From the IMG/VR virus record IMGVR_UViG_3300036861_000320, positions 1 to 43,933 of that record: a DNA stretch of 43,933 nucleotides. One strand, 5' to 3'. Of the stretch, positions 1-9,740 are shown in pieces; within the stretch, counting starts at the first letter, position 1, and the number at the start of each line of letters is the position of its first letter. The notes below the pieces were generated by a model. The model saw only the letters and a program-made list of their open reading frames with translations, did not search any database and was not told the origin of the DNA. Both the position numbers and the translations under genes were made by a program. The DNA comes from a virus (Duplodnaviria; Caudoviricetes).

Positions 1-140
1 GTTATCGCCCATGAGCTGGATTTGCGCCGGGGTCGAGTTGCCTGTCCCTAACCCTGTTGTTAGAATCAGGGCTCCAGCGGCCTTGTCGGTGGCTCCCGAA
101 GTCGCCCCACCGGACTTAAGAGTTAAGCTATTGCCAGCCG
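1..140. repeat. Terminal direct repeat, left copy (139/140 identical to 43794-43933); probable circular assembly overlap
   Basis: Direct comparison of both ends; single difference G127 vs A43920, synonymous (AGC/AGT Ser) in the minus-strand fibre gene that spans the junction. Confidence 0.95.
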
Positions 141-708
141 TATTAGCTGTCGGGTGACGTTCGACACCGATAGTGCCCGCCGCGTTTCCTTTGATCCCAA
201 TGTTCATTGTGGGGGATACGCCCATGAGCCCGAGAAGACCAGTCGTCAACAGAGTGACCTGGTTGGTGTTCACGCCGTTGGTGCGAAGGAAGAGGGTATG
301 ATTGGTGGAACTTCCCAACACGGCGCCCGCCGAGTCCACGTACGTGAACATCTCGACGTTGTTGGTGCTGTCTCGCAGAATAGAGGACGTTGCCCCGGCG
401 GCACTAACATACAGATTAGCCGTAAAGCTTGGAGCATCCGCTCCAGCCCCAACGTGAAGCGTGGCTTGCGGAGATGCATTACCAATCCCCACAAACCCAC
501 TGTTGAGGATACGAGCGGCTTCCGTGGCACCGTTATTGCCGACCTGGAAGATGATATCCGCGCCGGCGGCGCCGATCCCGCTAGTGCTCCGGAGACTCAG
601 GGTTGACGTGGTAGATGTGCCACCGATCACCAGAGGCGTGGTGACCGACGTGCCGACGGTCAAAGGACCGGTAAGAGACGTTGTACTAGGGAGGACGAGG
701 ATGCGCAT
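1..708 (-). CDS. Tail fibre-like virion protein, N-terminal part (continues at 43793-43374; ~375 aa in total)
   Basis: Not in ORF track because it runs off the end. ATG at 708 gives a stop-free frame MRILVLPSTTSLTGPLTVG...RILNSGFVGIGNASPQATLHVG...AQIQLMGDN that joins the MGDNVLATG ORF at the right end; G-x-V-G-I-G...P...LHV motif is typical of phage fibres. Confidence 0.75.
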   Translation of the reverse strand, partial: MRILVLPSTTSLTGPLTVGTSVTTPLVIGGTSTTSTLSLRSTSGIGAAGADIIFQVGNNGATEAARILNSGFVGIGNASPQATLHVGAGADAPSFTANLYVSAAGATSSILRDSTNNVEMFTYVDSAGAVLGSSTNHTLFLRTNGVNTNQVTLLTTGLLGLMGVSPTMNIGIKGNAAGTIGVERHPTANTAGNSLTLKSGGATSGATDKAAGALILTTGLGTGNSTPAQIQLMGDN

Positions 709-709
709 G

Positions 710-1054
710 CTAGTAACTCACTCCCACCACGGTTACAGTGATGGACTCGGAGCCACCGCCACCGCTATGGGTCACCCCGATGTAAGGGCAGTTCTCGACA
801 ATCACGTCTTGCCCGGCTGCGGCAAAGGCGAGCAGGCCACTTTGCCCGTGGAGGGTATGGTAGTTCGTGCCGTCATAGGAGCCGACAATCAACACGGTTG
901 CCCCGTTGAACGTGCCTTGAACGGTGACGCCCTTGTCAGGGTAGCGGACGCCTATCTGGGAGGGGCCGAAGGTGTCAGCGGCCACTGCGGTGACCCACTG
1001 AACCTGTATGCCATGGTACTGTGGGAAGGTGGTTCTTCCGGGGATGACTGCCAT
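710..1054 (-). CDS. Small virion structural protein (hypothetical)
   Basis: 114 aa, beta-rich G/T/V composition, tightly packed in the structural operon. Confidence 0.6.
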   Translation of the reverse strand: MAVIPGRTTFPQYHGIQVQWVTAVAADTFGPSQIGVRYPDKGVTVQGTFNGATVLIVGSYDGTNYHTLHGQSGLLAFAAAGQDVIVENCPYIGVTHSGGGGSESITVTVVGVSY

Positions 1055-1055
1055 G

Positions 1056-1646
1056 TTAGTCTACTTTCTGGGCTCGTTTCGCTGCCCGAGCGTGGGCGGC
1101 CATGTGCACGCCCTTGTGTCGGAGAAGGGTCTCTTCGCCGCACGCGTCACAGAGCCAAATCTTGATTCTAGGGTCTGTAGAAGCGTCTATTTTCGCTTCA
1201 GGAGTGGAAGACTCATCTTCGTACTGGCTGGAAATTTTAGGGGCCTCATTCTCACTACAGTCAGCGGGTTTCCCCAAAAGCTGGGCTTTCAACTCGTCCG
1301 GGAGGGACTGGAGGAGCGCCAAGAGATCGGCGGGGACTTGCCCCAGGGTCTGAATGCGGTCTTTGGGGAGGCTCAGGCCTACGGCCTTGCGGGACTCAGG
1401 AGTCAGGCGTTCGTAAGCTTCCCAGAACCAGGTGGGAGCGGCGTCCGGAGCAACTTCTTGCCCTGCATTCAGGTAAATCTTCCCGTGCTGGACATAGTAG
1501 CGCTGCTGGTCGGTGTAACGAACCTGACCATTGGGGAGCTGGACTTCCTTGGCGTTGGCCAGGATCACATAGTCGGCCACGTGCTCAACATAGGGAATAC
1601 CGGCGGGGGTCGTACGGGCCACATCCACTTGGTAGGTAAAGCTCAT
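1056..1646 (-). CDS. Hypothetical protein with C-terminal C2H2-like zinc finger
   Basis: 196 aa; CDAC-x12-HMAAH near C terminus; GAGG upstream; operon packing. Confidence 0.6.
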   Translation of the reverse strand: MSFTYQVDVARTTPAGIPYVEHVADYVILANAKEVQLPNGQVRYTDQQRYYVQHGKIYLNAGQEVAPDAAPTWFWEAYERLTPESRKAVGLSLPKDRIQTLGQVPADLLALLQSLPDELKAQLLGKPADCSENEAPKISSQYEDESSTPEAKIDASTDPRIKIWLCDACGEETLLRHKGVHMAAHARAAKRAQKVD

Positions 1647-1705
1647 AGGGACCTCAAGGTAGGGGCAGGGGGAAAACCCCTACCCGTTGGTTGATCCTAA
1701 GGGAC

Positions 1706-2857
1706 TTAGGCGTAGGCTATCGCGTACAGGGTCGTAGCTGCGGGAGCATCCACGGTGGTCAGCTCGCCCTCACCGCGCTGCGGAAAGTATCGGAAGTCGT
1801 AGTTGACGAACCAGTTCTCCGGAAGGGAGGTTGAGGCAGAGGTCTGGGCTGTCGTGATGGTCTGAGCCATCATGTCGTACTTGCCAATCAAGTTGGCAGC
1901 CGTGACGCCTGCGCCGAGCTTGGACTGGGTGTAGTTGGTGGTCTCCAAGTTGATGACTTGGTTCCCGAAGCCGGGAAGCATCATGGAGCCCTTGGCCGTG
2001 GTGGTCAGGCCCCAGGTGTAGACCTGGGAAGTCAGGGACAGGGAGGCTTGATCGATGAACGTGACATTCGGGTTGGGGAGCCCGGCGTACTTGAGGTAGG
2101 TGACGACGGCGGCCTTGGCGTCATTGCTGGTGGAGGTCAGTGTCGTAGCAGCCGAGTTGTTCACGTCCACAATCAGGAGGTTGGCGGAGCCAGCGGCGTG
2201 GGAGAAGGTCTGCGCAGCAGCGGTTGCAGCAGTCTGGTACACCGTGCTGATCAGGGCGGCACGCGAGGCAGTGTTCACCCCGGCAGAGGCCAAGGTTACG
2301 ACCTCATTTATCGCCATGTTCGCTTGGCTGAAGAACCCGGTCGCCTGCTGAGGGACATAGGTCACCTTCAGAGCCGTCAAGCTGTCAGCGGCGGCTACCG
2401 TTACTGCACCGGTCAGCCAGTTGACAGTCATCTGGCCTGCGGCCACGGTCACCGTGTGGGGGACAAGGAGGAGTGGAGTGACAACCGCGCTAATGGTGCC
2501 TTCGGCCATGATGATGTAAGCGGGCTTGTAGGCCAGGGTTCCCGCATTTGACGTCAATGTCACGGCTTCCGTGTGAACGATGGCGGGCACATGGTTTGTG
2601 CTGTAGCAGCGGAGTGTGGAGCTGGCGTAGTCGGGCTTCCAGGACACGCCGGGGGTGCCCACGTCTTCCAGGATCTGGAGGAAGTTCAGGGGGGACTTAA
2701 GGCCCAAGGAGGCGGCAGACGGGAAGGCCAGCCCACCGGAAGGGTATGTCTTGGCGGCATCGCCGAACACTAGCTTTACTAGGTGCTGGCGCTGCTTGCC
2801 ATAAATCTTGCGGTCAAGAATCGTTGTGGTAATGTCGGTATTGGCGAGGGCAGCCAT
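1706..2857 (-). CDS. Head decoration/virion protein with large Ala/Thr-rich insertion
   Basis: 383 aa; AAGGAG RBS; N-terminal FGDAAKTYPSGG motif resembles small capsid-associated proteins; lies downstream of capsid genes. Confidence 0.55.
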   Translation of the reverse strand: MAALANTDITTTILDRKIYGKQRQHLVKLVFGDAAKTYPSGGLAFPSAASLGLKSPLNFLQILEDVGTPGVSWKPDYASSTLRCYSTNHVPAIVHTEAVTLTSNAGTLAYKPAYIIMAEGTISAVVTPLLLVPHTVTVAAGQMTVNWLTGAVTVAAADSLTALKVTYVPQQATGFFSQANMAINEVVTLASAGVNTASRAALISTVYQTAATAAAQTFSHAAGSANLLIVDVNNSAATTLTSTSNDAKAAVVTYLKYAGLPNPNVTFIDQASLSLTSQVYTWGLTTTAKGSMMLPGFGNQVINLETTNYTQSKLGAGVTAANLIGKYDMMAQTITTAQTSASTSLPENWFVNYDFRYFPQRGEGELTTVDAPAATTLYAIAYA

Positions 2858-2979
2858 GAAGGCTCCTTGTAGGGGTTAAGCTCGGCTAGGGACAAAGTGG
2901 GAAGGCAGGGCGCGGAACTGAGGCTTGGGCGTACCGCGCATCTGCCATGGAGTCGGTACTTATCAATAACTACCTAGAA

Positions 2980-3447
2980 TTAGGCAGTGGCAGTCATGGT
3001 CGTGGAACCGGAGAGCGTAAGAACGTTGGCCGGGGTCTCATAAATCGCCTCAACCCACAGAGTGATGCTCGCAGCGGTCACGCCTGCGGCGCCATCGGTC
3101 ACTTCGGCGATAACTTCCTGGCCGGGGTACACAGTCACGGGGGACGTGGGGACGTGGTAGTACACGGGCTGAGCGCTACCAGCCGTAAAGGCCGTTGTCA
3201 CAGGAATCGTGATCGTGAACACCGTGCCGTCTGTACGGCTGGTGTCACTCTCGGTTGTGGGGCGGAGATCGCCTTTAATGGTACCGGCATTACTGCAATC
3301 GGCATTGAGAGAGATTGCGGCCATGCGGACAATGTGTGGGACGCAAACCGGACCCCACGCGGCTACATCGCCTGTACTCTCAAGAGTAACAAGGCGCTCG
3401 CCGGTAGACTTGCGCATGACTGCTTCGGAACGATGAATCGTATACAT
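2980..3447 (-). CDS. Minor capsid/cement-like protein
   Basis: 155 aa beta-rich protein directly after the major capsid gene; AAGGA RBS. Confidence 0.55.
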   Translation of the reverse strand: MYTIHRSEAVMRKSTGERLVTLESTGDVAAWGPVCVPHIVRMAAISLNADCSNAGTIKGDLRPTTESDTSRTDGTVFTITIPVTTAFTAGSAQPVYYHVPTSPVTVYPGQEVIAEVTDGAAGVTAASITLWVEAIYETPANVLTLSGSTTMTATA

Positions 3448-3491
3448 GAAACTATCCTTATAGGTGAGCGGACCGCATGATGCGGCGAGAT

Positions 3492-3507
3492 GAGCCCCGA
3501 AGGGCTC
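3492..3507 (-). promoter_or_regulatory. GC-rich cUUCGg hairpin after the major capsid gene (mRNA-stabilising or attenuating)
   Basis: Minus strand GAGCCC-TTCG-GGGCTC; no U tract, so not a clear intrinsic terminator. Confidence 0.45.
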
Positions 3508-3525
3508 ACCGGACTCAAAGGGAGA

Positions 3526-4485
3526 CTATGTGGAGGTGATGTGCATAACGCGGGGCCTTCCAGCCGACACGCTATCTGTCTTCAGGGACATTTCCAGCTG
3601 GCAATACCAGGCCAAACTCTTGATTCGGCCAAAGTCATCGGGCTGGCCAGGGATTATCTGGGGCTCGGCAGACTCGATCATCACAACGGCGTCATCACCG
3701 AAGATCAAGCCTTCGCCTAAGACGGAGCCAGTACCCAGGCCCGTGTTCAAACCAACGCTGCCGACCGTGGTTCCACCATGGTTGCACTCAACCAGGCGGA
3801 CTTGCTCGATCTTGCCAGCTTCACTGTTAAACTTGGCTTCGGGGCTGGTGTACTTCTGCCACTCTTCCCAATCTGGATCATTTTTAATACCACGGATACC
3901 AAGGGTCCGGAAGATGCCCATATAGCTGCCATCAACCATCGGGGCCTTGTAGGTGTCAAACAGAAGATCGCGGATTGCCGCAACGTGGTACACGTTCATG
4001 TTGGCCAGGGCAGCCGTGGGGGCCGTCCCGTTGGTGGCTGTGGAAGACGAAGCCGCACCCGTAGGCGTGTACTTCAGGTTGGTCAACTTGAACGCTCGGC
4101 AGGCCCGACCGTCCAGAAACAACTTCATCTCTTTCTTCAGACTGCGCTGGATCGAGCTACGGAGATCGAACACGCTCAGGTCATCAGCCAGACGTGACCA
4201 CGTAAGAGCGTGACCAAACTCGCCGACCGTGACAACCTTGGCGTCTACCGTGTGGCTGCCTTCTGGCACGCGGTCGGTTTCCGACAGGCTGTAGTCCGAC
4301 AACTCGGTTGGGTTGGCTTCGCCAGGTATGGTCACAGACTGACCCATCCCGGTGCCGAAGGGTTCCGGGCTCACGTGAGCCATGAACACGCACTCGGCTA
4401 TTGCCGCTTTGTAAATCTGGCGGGAAACTTTGGTAGTGCGAAGGGCGCCAGTATTTGGGGTACTGGTGAATTGATACAGTGCCAT
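3526..4485 (-). CDS. Major capsid protein (HK97 fold, N4-gp56-like family)
   Basis: 319 aa after scaffold and portal; G-x-G-x-S-V-T-I, LSETDRVP, EAGKIEQVRLVE and DDFGRIKSLAWY resemble N4-gp56-type capsid proteins. Confidence 0.85.
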   Translation of the reverse strand: MALYQFTSTPNTGALRTTKVSRQIYKAAIAECVFMAHVSPEPFGTGMGQSVTIPGEANPTELSDYSLSETDRVPEGSHTVDAKVVTVGEFGHALTWSRLADDLSVFDLRSSIQRSLKKEMKLFLDGRACRAFKLTNLKYTPTGAASSSTATNGTAPTAALANMNVYHVAAIRDLLFDTYKAPMVDGSYMGIFRTLGIRGIKNDPDWEEWQKYTSPEAKFNSEAGKIEQVRLVECNHGGTTVGSVGLNTGLGTGSVLGEGLIFGDDAVVMIESAEPQIIPGQPDDFGRIKSLAWYCQLEMSLKTDSVSAGRPRVMHITST

Positions 4486-5234
4486 TACTTATCATCTTTC
4501 GGAATGTTGTACTGGGCACGGCGGCGGCGCTCAGCCTGGGCGGCTAACACGGCGCTGAAACCCACGTACCGTCTTTTGGGGGGTTCCTCGGTCTGCTGAG
4601 GGCGGGCCGGGGGCGTTGGATTAGAAGGGCGCTCGGATTGAGCGGTGCCTTTGGGGAGGGGCTTGCCACTCTGGGGCTTGCCCAAGAAAGCTTTGGCTCT
4701 CGTGGCAAGTTCTCGCTGAGAGTCCGCAGGGGAAAGGTCTTTCAAGTCCTCAAAGTGCTTCTGCACGAGGAATTGAACCACCTCTTCATGCTCGGCAAGG
4801 TCCTTGTTGTCACTAAAGAACTTCCCCCAGTACTGCTGCCGGGCCTGTGTGGCCTGATACTCGTTACGCATCTCGGCTTTTAGCTCCTCACGGAGCTTCT
4901 GCTCGCGCTTGGCAGCGGCCTTGGTGGGAGATTGGAAAAACTCCAAGTCGTCGTCCTCATCCTGGGATGCCGGGGGGCTTGTCGGGCGGGCGTCCTGGGG
5001 CTGCTTGCGCAGTGTTCCCAACTCGGTGCCCATCTTGGAGATTTGACGCTGGTAGTCACTTTCACGGGCTTCAATTGCGGCGGCAACGTCCTCGGTCACT
5101 TCCACGGTCTTGCCGGCGAGTCGAACGCGGACAAGTTTGGGTGCCTGAGGCTCATCATCGTCTTCGTACAAATCCTCTGGGGTCTGGTCGGGCTGTTCCA
5201 ACTCTTCGCTGGGGTCCTGGTCAAACTGTTCCAT
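4485..5234 (-). CDS. Capsid scaffolding protein
   Basis: 249 aa, acidic N terminus, coiled-coil, basic C terminus, stop overlaps capsid start. Confidence 0.75.
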   Translation of the reverse strand: MEQFDQDPSEELEQPDQTPEDLYEDDDEPQAPKLVRVRLAGKTVEVTEDVAAAIEARESDYQRQISKMGTELGTLRKQPQDARPTSPPASQDEDDDLEFFQSPTKAAAKREQKLREELKAEMRNEYQATQARQQYWGKFFSDNKDLAEHEEVVQFLVQKHFEDLKDLSPADSQRELATRAKAFLGKPQSGKPLPKGTAQSERPSNPTPPARPQQTEEPPKRRYVGFSAVLAAQAERRRRAQYNIPKDDK

Positions 5235-5248
5235 TGGGTGGGGTCTCT

Positions 5249-5461
5249 CTATTTGGCTTGGCGGATACGCTGAGCTAGGTCGCTCGGCAGGGACCGGAGA
5301 GCAGCAATCATTGCGATCCCGGAAAGAGCTTCCTGGGCAGTAATCGTTGCGTTCCGGTGGGAAGTGAGAAGGCGGTCAAGGGTTTTGGCTACCCGGTCTT
5401 CAACCAGGCTTTCCAATAGGGCTGGAAACGGCCCAGGATGGTCCAGGTTGGGTTCTGACAT
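5249..5461 (-). CDS. Small helical protein between portal and scaffold
   Basis: 70 aa, conserved podovirus gene position. Confidence 0.55.
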   Translation of the reverse strand: MSEPNLDHPGPFPALLESLVEDRVAKTLDRLLTSHRNATITAQEALSGIAMIAALRSLPSDLAQRIRQAK

Positions 5462-5467
5462 AGGGGG

Positions 5468-5887
5468 TTACCGGTAGATCAGGGGGAGGGTCAGGAGGGA
5501 ATCCTGGGCCGTCTGGGACTCGGCATTACGGAGTTCTGTGCGCAGCATGTGAATCAGGTGAAGACAGTCGTCATTAGCCTTCTTGGCGAATGTCACGAAC
5601 TGGAGCGGGTCAGTAATTGTCTCAGCGTTGTTGGCGTACCAGGTGGTATAGGCATCGAGGGCCTGATCCAGGTCAGTGACATTGGCGTAGACACTGCGGA
5701 GAGCCATAATTCCATCCCGTAGTAAGTGGAGCAAGTACACCCGGCCATTCATGGCAAGGCGCAAGAACTGTTGAGCGGACTCAAAGGAAACGACACGGGC
5801 TTCGTTGAAGCGGTACCACTCTAGATAGTCCAAAAGACACTGATCCAGGTCTGTGTACTTTGTGCCAAAGGTCAGAACGTGTGCCAT
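5468..5887 (-). CDS. Hypothetical protein with two tandem ~60-aa repeats
   Basis: TDLDQCLLDYLEWY...LLHLLR and TDLDQALDAYTTWY...LIHMLR. Confidence 0.65.
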   Translation of the reverse strand: MAHVLTFGTKYTDLDQCLLDYLEWYRFNEARVVSFESAQQFLRLAMNGRVYLLHLLRDGIMALRSVYANVTDLDQALDAYTTWYANNAETITDPLQFVTFAKKANDDCLHLIHMLRTELRNAESQTAQDSLLTLPLIYR

Positions 5888-7927
5888 TTATAGTCCTTGT
5901 GGCGGTTGCTGCATGGAATTAATCTCAGCCTGTGCTTGTTGGGTGGGGCTGCCCGGCATCTGAGAAGGCGAGTTCTGCAACTGCTGCTGACCCTGGCCTT
6001 GGCCACCTTGACCGAACATCGGAAGCTGAGCAAGCCGCTCCTGGAGGGACGCTTGTTCCTCAGGGGTGATTTTCATATCGTCAGGATCAAGATTGACCGA
6101 TCTTAACAGGTGATAGAAGAGTTTCTTTGGAGACATCTCGGTCATCGCCACCTGAGCCAGCATGGCGGACTGGGACATAGCGCCCAGGGCAGACATCACT
6201 TTCTGAAACTCCCGCGTACGGGCCAGCATAGAGGACAGCCCGGACACCCGGAACCGGGCTCCCTGGCCATAGGTCTGGTAGCGGCGGGCGGGGGACATTT
6301 GGGCAAGGGCCGCAGCCACGTCCGGACCAATGCAGCCCGCCACATCTTCAGCGTTCCAGTCGTCAGCGTTCTGAAGCATCGTGAGCCATGCCAGGCGAAG
6401 AACCCGGCGAATACCAGCCTCCAAGTCAGCGACAATGGAGTCAAAGAACATGCTACTGGACTGGTCGGCAGAGGCCACAGCGGTCGCAGACACCTCTTTG
6501 CGAGGAGTCATGCCACGAGCAGTGTCCGACAACATGGTTGCGGCAGCGAACTCCCGGTCCATGAGGTTGTACACACCCATGGCTTCCGGGGGAACGGTGC
6601 CGGAGGGGGTGTTGAGCATTACAGGCACCCCGTCAGGCTGCTCATCACTTACCAACAACACGGCTCCCATAGGACAGCCGTTGGCAAAATCGTCAGCGTT
6701 CTCAACTCGGCTCATCTTGATCTGGCGGTTGCCGTACACGGAGCCAATCCCGCCGTCCACAATTAAGTTGTACAGCTCGTTCATGGAAAAATTGATCCGC
6801 ACGGCGTGGTCAAACAGGGCCTTGTGGAAGGTCGAAAACGGCACTCTGAGCAGGGCCACGGCAACAAACGGACTCTCCTGATGCCAGTACGGGTTGGGTT
6901 CGGGCTTGCGGATCAGGAATTGCTTGTTGGCCACGGCGCAGCGACAGTTACGGTGAACTACATGGCCATCGGAGTCCAAAATCGTGCCCCAGAATTCCAG
7001 GATCTCCACTTCCTTACGAAAGTCGGGCCGAACGGTCTGAATCTGATCGGTTTCGGTCTCCAACTCCGCCTCGGTTTCAAAATCCACAAAACTGCCAACC
7101 AACTGCTTCACGGCTTCAGGATCGTAGGCCCCGGCTTCGGCATCCTCAATGACTTGGTGGAGGTCCTTGCGGGTCCGGTGGACTTCGTAAAGACCCCGGC
7201 CTGTAGGGTCGGGAAAGTAGTCCATAGGGCGCACCAGCTCGACGAGTAGTCGCCACACGGAGCCCTCTTCCATTACCAAATCTTCACCGGTCTGTACCAC
7301 AGTCTGAATAAGTTGCCCGGTAATGGGGTCTGAAAACGCCTTGGCCTCAGTTATCGGCTGGACAGTTAAACGGCGGGTCGGGACGAACGTGCCACACACC
7401 TTGAAGATCATCGAAGCCTCCAGGGCGCCGACCTTTACCCCGTCGCTTACGGAAGTAGGGAAGTCAAGCACGCCAGGTGGGAGTTCTTCGGGGTCTTCCA
7501 GGCGATGCCGCAAGAGTTTGACAACACCGCCATCAGTGAGGGGTCCGCCAATCAGCGAAGGGTTCGGGGATAACTCCACGGAAAAGTAATTGCCAAAGCC
7601 AACAAGGCCACGCTTCACGAAGGCAGCAAGTTGCTCCAGGGCCATCGGGACCTTTGGGATGAACTCAGTGGACTGGCCTTTGGTCTTGCCAGAGAAATCC
7701 TGCCGGCAATGAGCGGCATCTTGGTTGAGTTGGTTAAGTTTGTCTCGCGTCTCACGGGCGTCTTCGGATTCGTCTTTACACCGGGTCACGTACTGGACCA
7801 CAGTCAAGCCGTCGTAGCCCGCTACAGGGACGTCCTCACCGGGGGCCACGTCCATAGCCGGGTCGGTCGCATCCGTCTCTTCGTCTATAGGGGCTTCTAA
7901 GAGGTCTTCCGTACTGTACTCAGCCAT
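5888..7927 (-). CDS. Portal protein (P22/T7-like podoviral)
   Basis: 679 aa after TerL; VRPMDYFPDP, ILEFWG, NPYWHQESPF, SATAV motifs and Gln-rich C-terminal tail. Confidence 0.85.
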   Translation of the reverse strand: MAEYSTEDLLEAPIDEETDATDPAMDVAPGEDVPVAGYDGLTVVQYVTRCKDESEDARETRDKLNQLNQDAAHCRQDFSGKTKGQSTEFIPKVPMALEQLAAFVKRGLVGFGNYFSVELSPNPSLIGGPLTDGGVVKLLRHRLEDPEELPPGVLDFPTSVSDGVKVGALEASMIFKVCGTFVPTRRLTVQPITEAKAFSDPITGQLIQTVVQTGEDLVMEEGSVWRLLVELVRPMDYFPDPTGRGLYEVHRTRKDLHQVIEDAEAGAYDPEAVKQLVGSFVDFETEAELETETDQIQTVRPDFRKEVEILEFWGTILDSDGHVVHRNCRCAVANKQFLIRKPEPNPYWHQESPFVAVALLRVPFSTFHKALFDHAVRINFSMNELYNLIVDGGIGSVYGNRQIKMSRVENADDFANGCPMGAVLLVSDEQPDGVPVMLNTPSGTVPPEAMGVYNLMDREFAAATMLSDTARGMTPRKEVSATAVASADQSSSMFFDSIVADLEAGIRRVLRLAWLTMLQNADDWNAEDVAGCIGPDVAAALAQMSPARRYQTYGQGARFRVSGLSSMLARTREFQKVMSALGAMSQSAMLAQVAMTEMSPKKLFYHLLRSVNLDPDDMKITPEEQASLQERLAQLPMFGQGGQGQGQQQLQNSPSQMPGSPTQQAQAEINSMQQPPQGL

Positions 7928-8102
7928 GTTGGCTTTCTAAACGCTGGTGGGGTGGGGTATAGGAGGGTTGTCGAACAGTGGGCCGGTTCTGAGCAGCGCG
8001 AATTTGGGCAAAAAGGCAAGCAGCGCAGAGGCGGAAGTCACGGAAGGAGGCGGGCATTTCGTTGAAACACGCCTTGCACTGGGGGGCTTCCCGATCAACC
8101 AT
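7920..8102 (-). CDS. Small CxxC...CxxC protein between TerL and portal
   Basis: MVDREAPQCKAC...CAAC; GGAGG RBS; overlaps both neighbours. Confidence 0.55.
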   Translation of the reverse strand: MVDREAPQCKACFNEMPASFRDFRLCAACLFAQIRAAQNRPTVRQPSYTPPHQRLESQHG

Positions 8103-9636
8103 TCTGGCCTCCATAGGAGGGCATGGGGATCGAAGCATGCTGCCGCGAACCTTGGCGCTCCCGCTTGGTGCCGAGGGCCTCGCTGGTCACAGGTTGCTCA
8201 CGGGTTACCCAGTATCCAAAGGCGTCTGAAGTATGGGTGCGGTGAAAATACGGATCGGACCGATTGTACGTCTTTTTGATGCCGCCTTTAGCATCCCGAA
8301 GCACGCCCTCAAGGTCAGCAATCAATTCCTCGCAGCTTGGATCAACCTCTACACCAATTTCACCGTACTCGTCTTTCAGGGCACGGTTCACGGCGTTCAC
8401 CCGCTCAGGTTGGCCAGGGTTGCTTACGGGGGCCTTGTACACAACCGGGACGGGATAACCCCGCATCTCAGTCCGTATTAAGTCATAATAGGATTGGGCG
8501 CTTTGACCGGAGCGGTTATTACCAGTCCCGTCCCCGTATACCCAAACTTCGGCACGGTGAGAGGGGTACTCTTGCCGAAACCAACGGGCCATATCGACAA
8601 CTGACCCTTCCTCAATAATCAGTTCTCGGTAGACGCGGAAAACACGCCCATGTCGTTGGCCAACCAGACTAACCATTGGCTCAACGTTGAAATCAAGCAT
8701 CCAGCACAGAGGCCGTCTTGGTTCCAGAGGCCCGGTGTCCCGCACATGCATGCCGTAGTTGAATGCACCGTAGGCACGGGCTCCTGACAAGCCTGGAAGT
8801 AACTCGCCATTGAGTCGTATACGTCTTTCAATAGAGCCTTCTGGGTACTTGGCCTCAAGGATCGCTACCTCCTGGGGGAGTAGGTGGGGGTTGTCGTAGA
8901 TGGAAGCTTGAAAAATGCGGCAGGTGGCGGGCTTGCCGTCTAGGACGGGCTTGGCTTTCTCGGTGTACACCCAGGTCACACCGCCAATCTGACCTTCTGG
9001 AGGAAGCAAGGTACAAGTGCCGAACACCCGGAGTCGTCTACCGGCCTCGATACGTAGCGTGGCCTCTTGGTAGATCAGTTTCGGGGGCTCTTCATCAAAG
9101 TGAATCCAGTCTTTCCCTGCTCCCTGGAAGGTCTCCCGACCGTCCGAGCAGCCCTTAAAACCAATGATCGAGCCATTCTTGAGTCGTAAAATCTTGTCAG
9201 AAACACGCCAGCCGTCACTCCCTTTGGGTATCTCCCGATCAGGAATAAACGGGGTGTGGGAGGCGCCAGCGGGGACAAAACCGTTGTCAAAATACTTGGG
9301 GGCGGTGACATCACGGTTCAGGTTGGCGGTTAGGGCGACCACCCAACCTGAGGTAGCCCGGTCAAACACCGTGCAGGAAGGGCCAATAGCAGGCTTGATT
9401 TCGCTCTCGGGCAAGCCGAATCGCGCCAATTTCGCGCCACAATAGGCCCCAACGTCGGTTTTACCGGCGCGGTTAGCCCAGAGTGCCCAGTTCTCATACC
9501 ATTCAGTGCCCATCACAGAAGCAATAAATTCAGACTGCTTCTTGTGGGGTTTCCACGTGAACAGCGGGTCGGTGGCCCGGCGCTCCTGAAAGGCTTTGGT
9601 AAGAAGATACTGGCGTTCGAGGGTGGTTCGATCCAA
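8095..9636 (-). CDS. terL: Terminase large subunit
   Basis: Walker A ANRAGKT, Walker B WIHFDEEP, DNPHL, RNase H-like nuclease motifs LDFNVEP and HTSDAFGY. Confidence 0.92.
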   Translation of the reverse strand: MDRTTLERQYLLTKAFQERRATDPLFTWKPHKKQSEFIASVMGTEWYENWALWANRAGKTDVGAYCGAKLARFGLPESEIKPAIGPSCTVFDRATSGWVVALTANLNRDVTAPKYFDNGFVPAGASHTPFIPDREIPKGSDGWRVSDKILRLKNGSIIGFKGCSDGRETFQGAGKDWIHFDEEPPKLIYQEATLRIEAGRRLRVFGTCTLLPPEGQIGGVTWVYTEKAKPVLDGKPATCRIFQASIYDNPHLLPQEVAILEAKYPEGSIERRIRLNGELLPGLSGARAYGAFNYGMHVRDTGPLEPRRPLCWMLDFNVEPMVSLVGQRHGRVFRVYRELIIEEGSVVDMARWFRQEYPSHRAEVWVYGDGTGNNRSGQSAQSYYDLIRTEMRGYPVPVVYKAPVSNPGQPERVNAVNRALKDEYGEIGVEVDPSCEELIADLEGVLRDAKGGIKKTYNRSDPYFHRTHTSDAFGYWVTREQPVTSEALGTKRERQGSRQHASIPMPSYGGQNG

Positions 9637-9740
9637 GGTGGGGCTTTCAGAAGGGGCTCACTCCATAGACCGACACCGAGGCCAAAACAAGTGTGGGGTC
9701 TTTCACTCTCGGATTAGGTGTGAGCTATTTAGGGAGGGCT

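Noticed and set aside
2906-2946. Hairpin between the two capsid-associated genes as a distinct ncRNA
   Set aside because: Single imperfect stem-loop, adequately explained as an mRNA stability element
154-9445. Many long plus-strand ORFs opposite the virion genes
   Set aside because: Antisense shadows of GC-rich coding sequence; no RBS, motifs or operon packing
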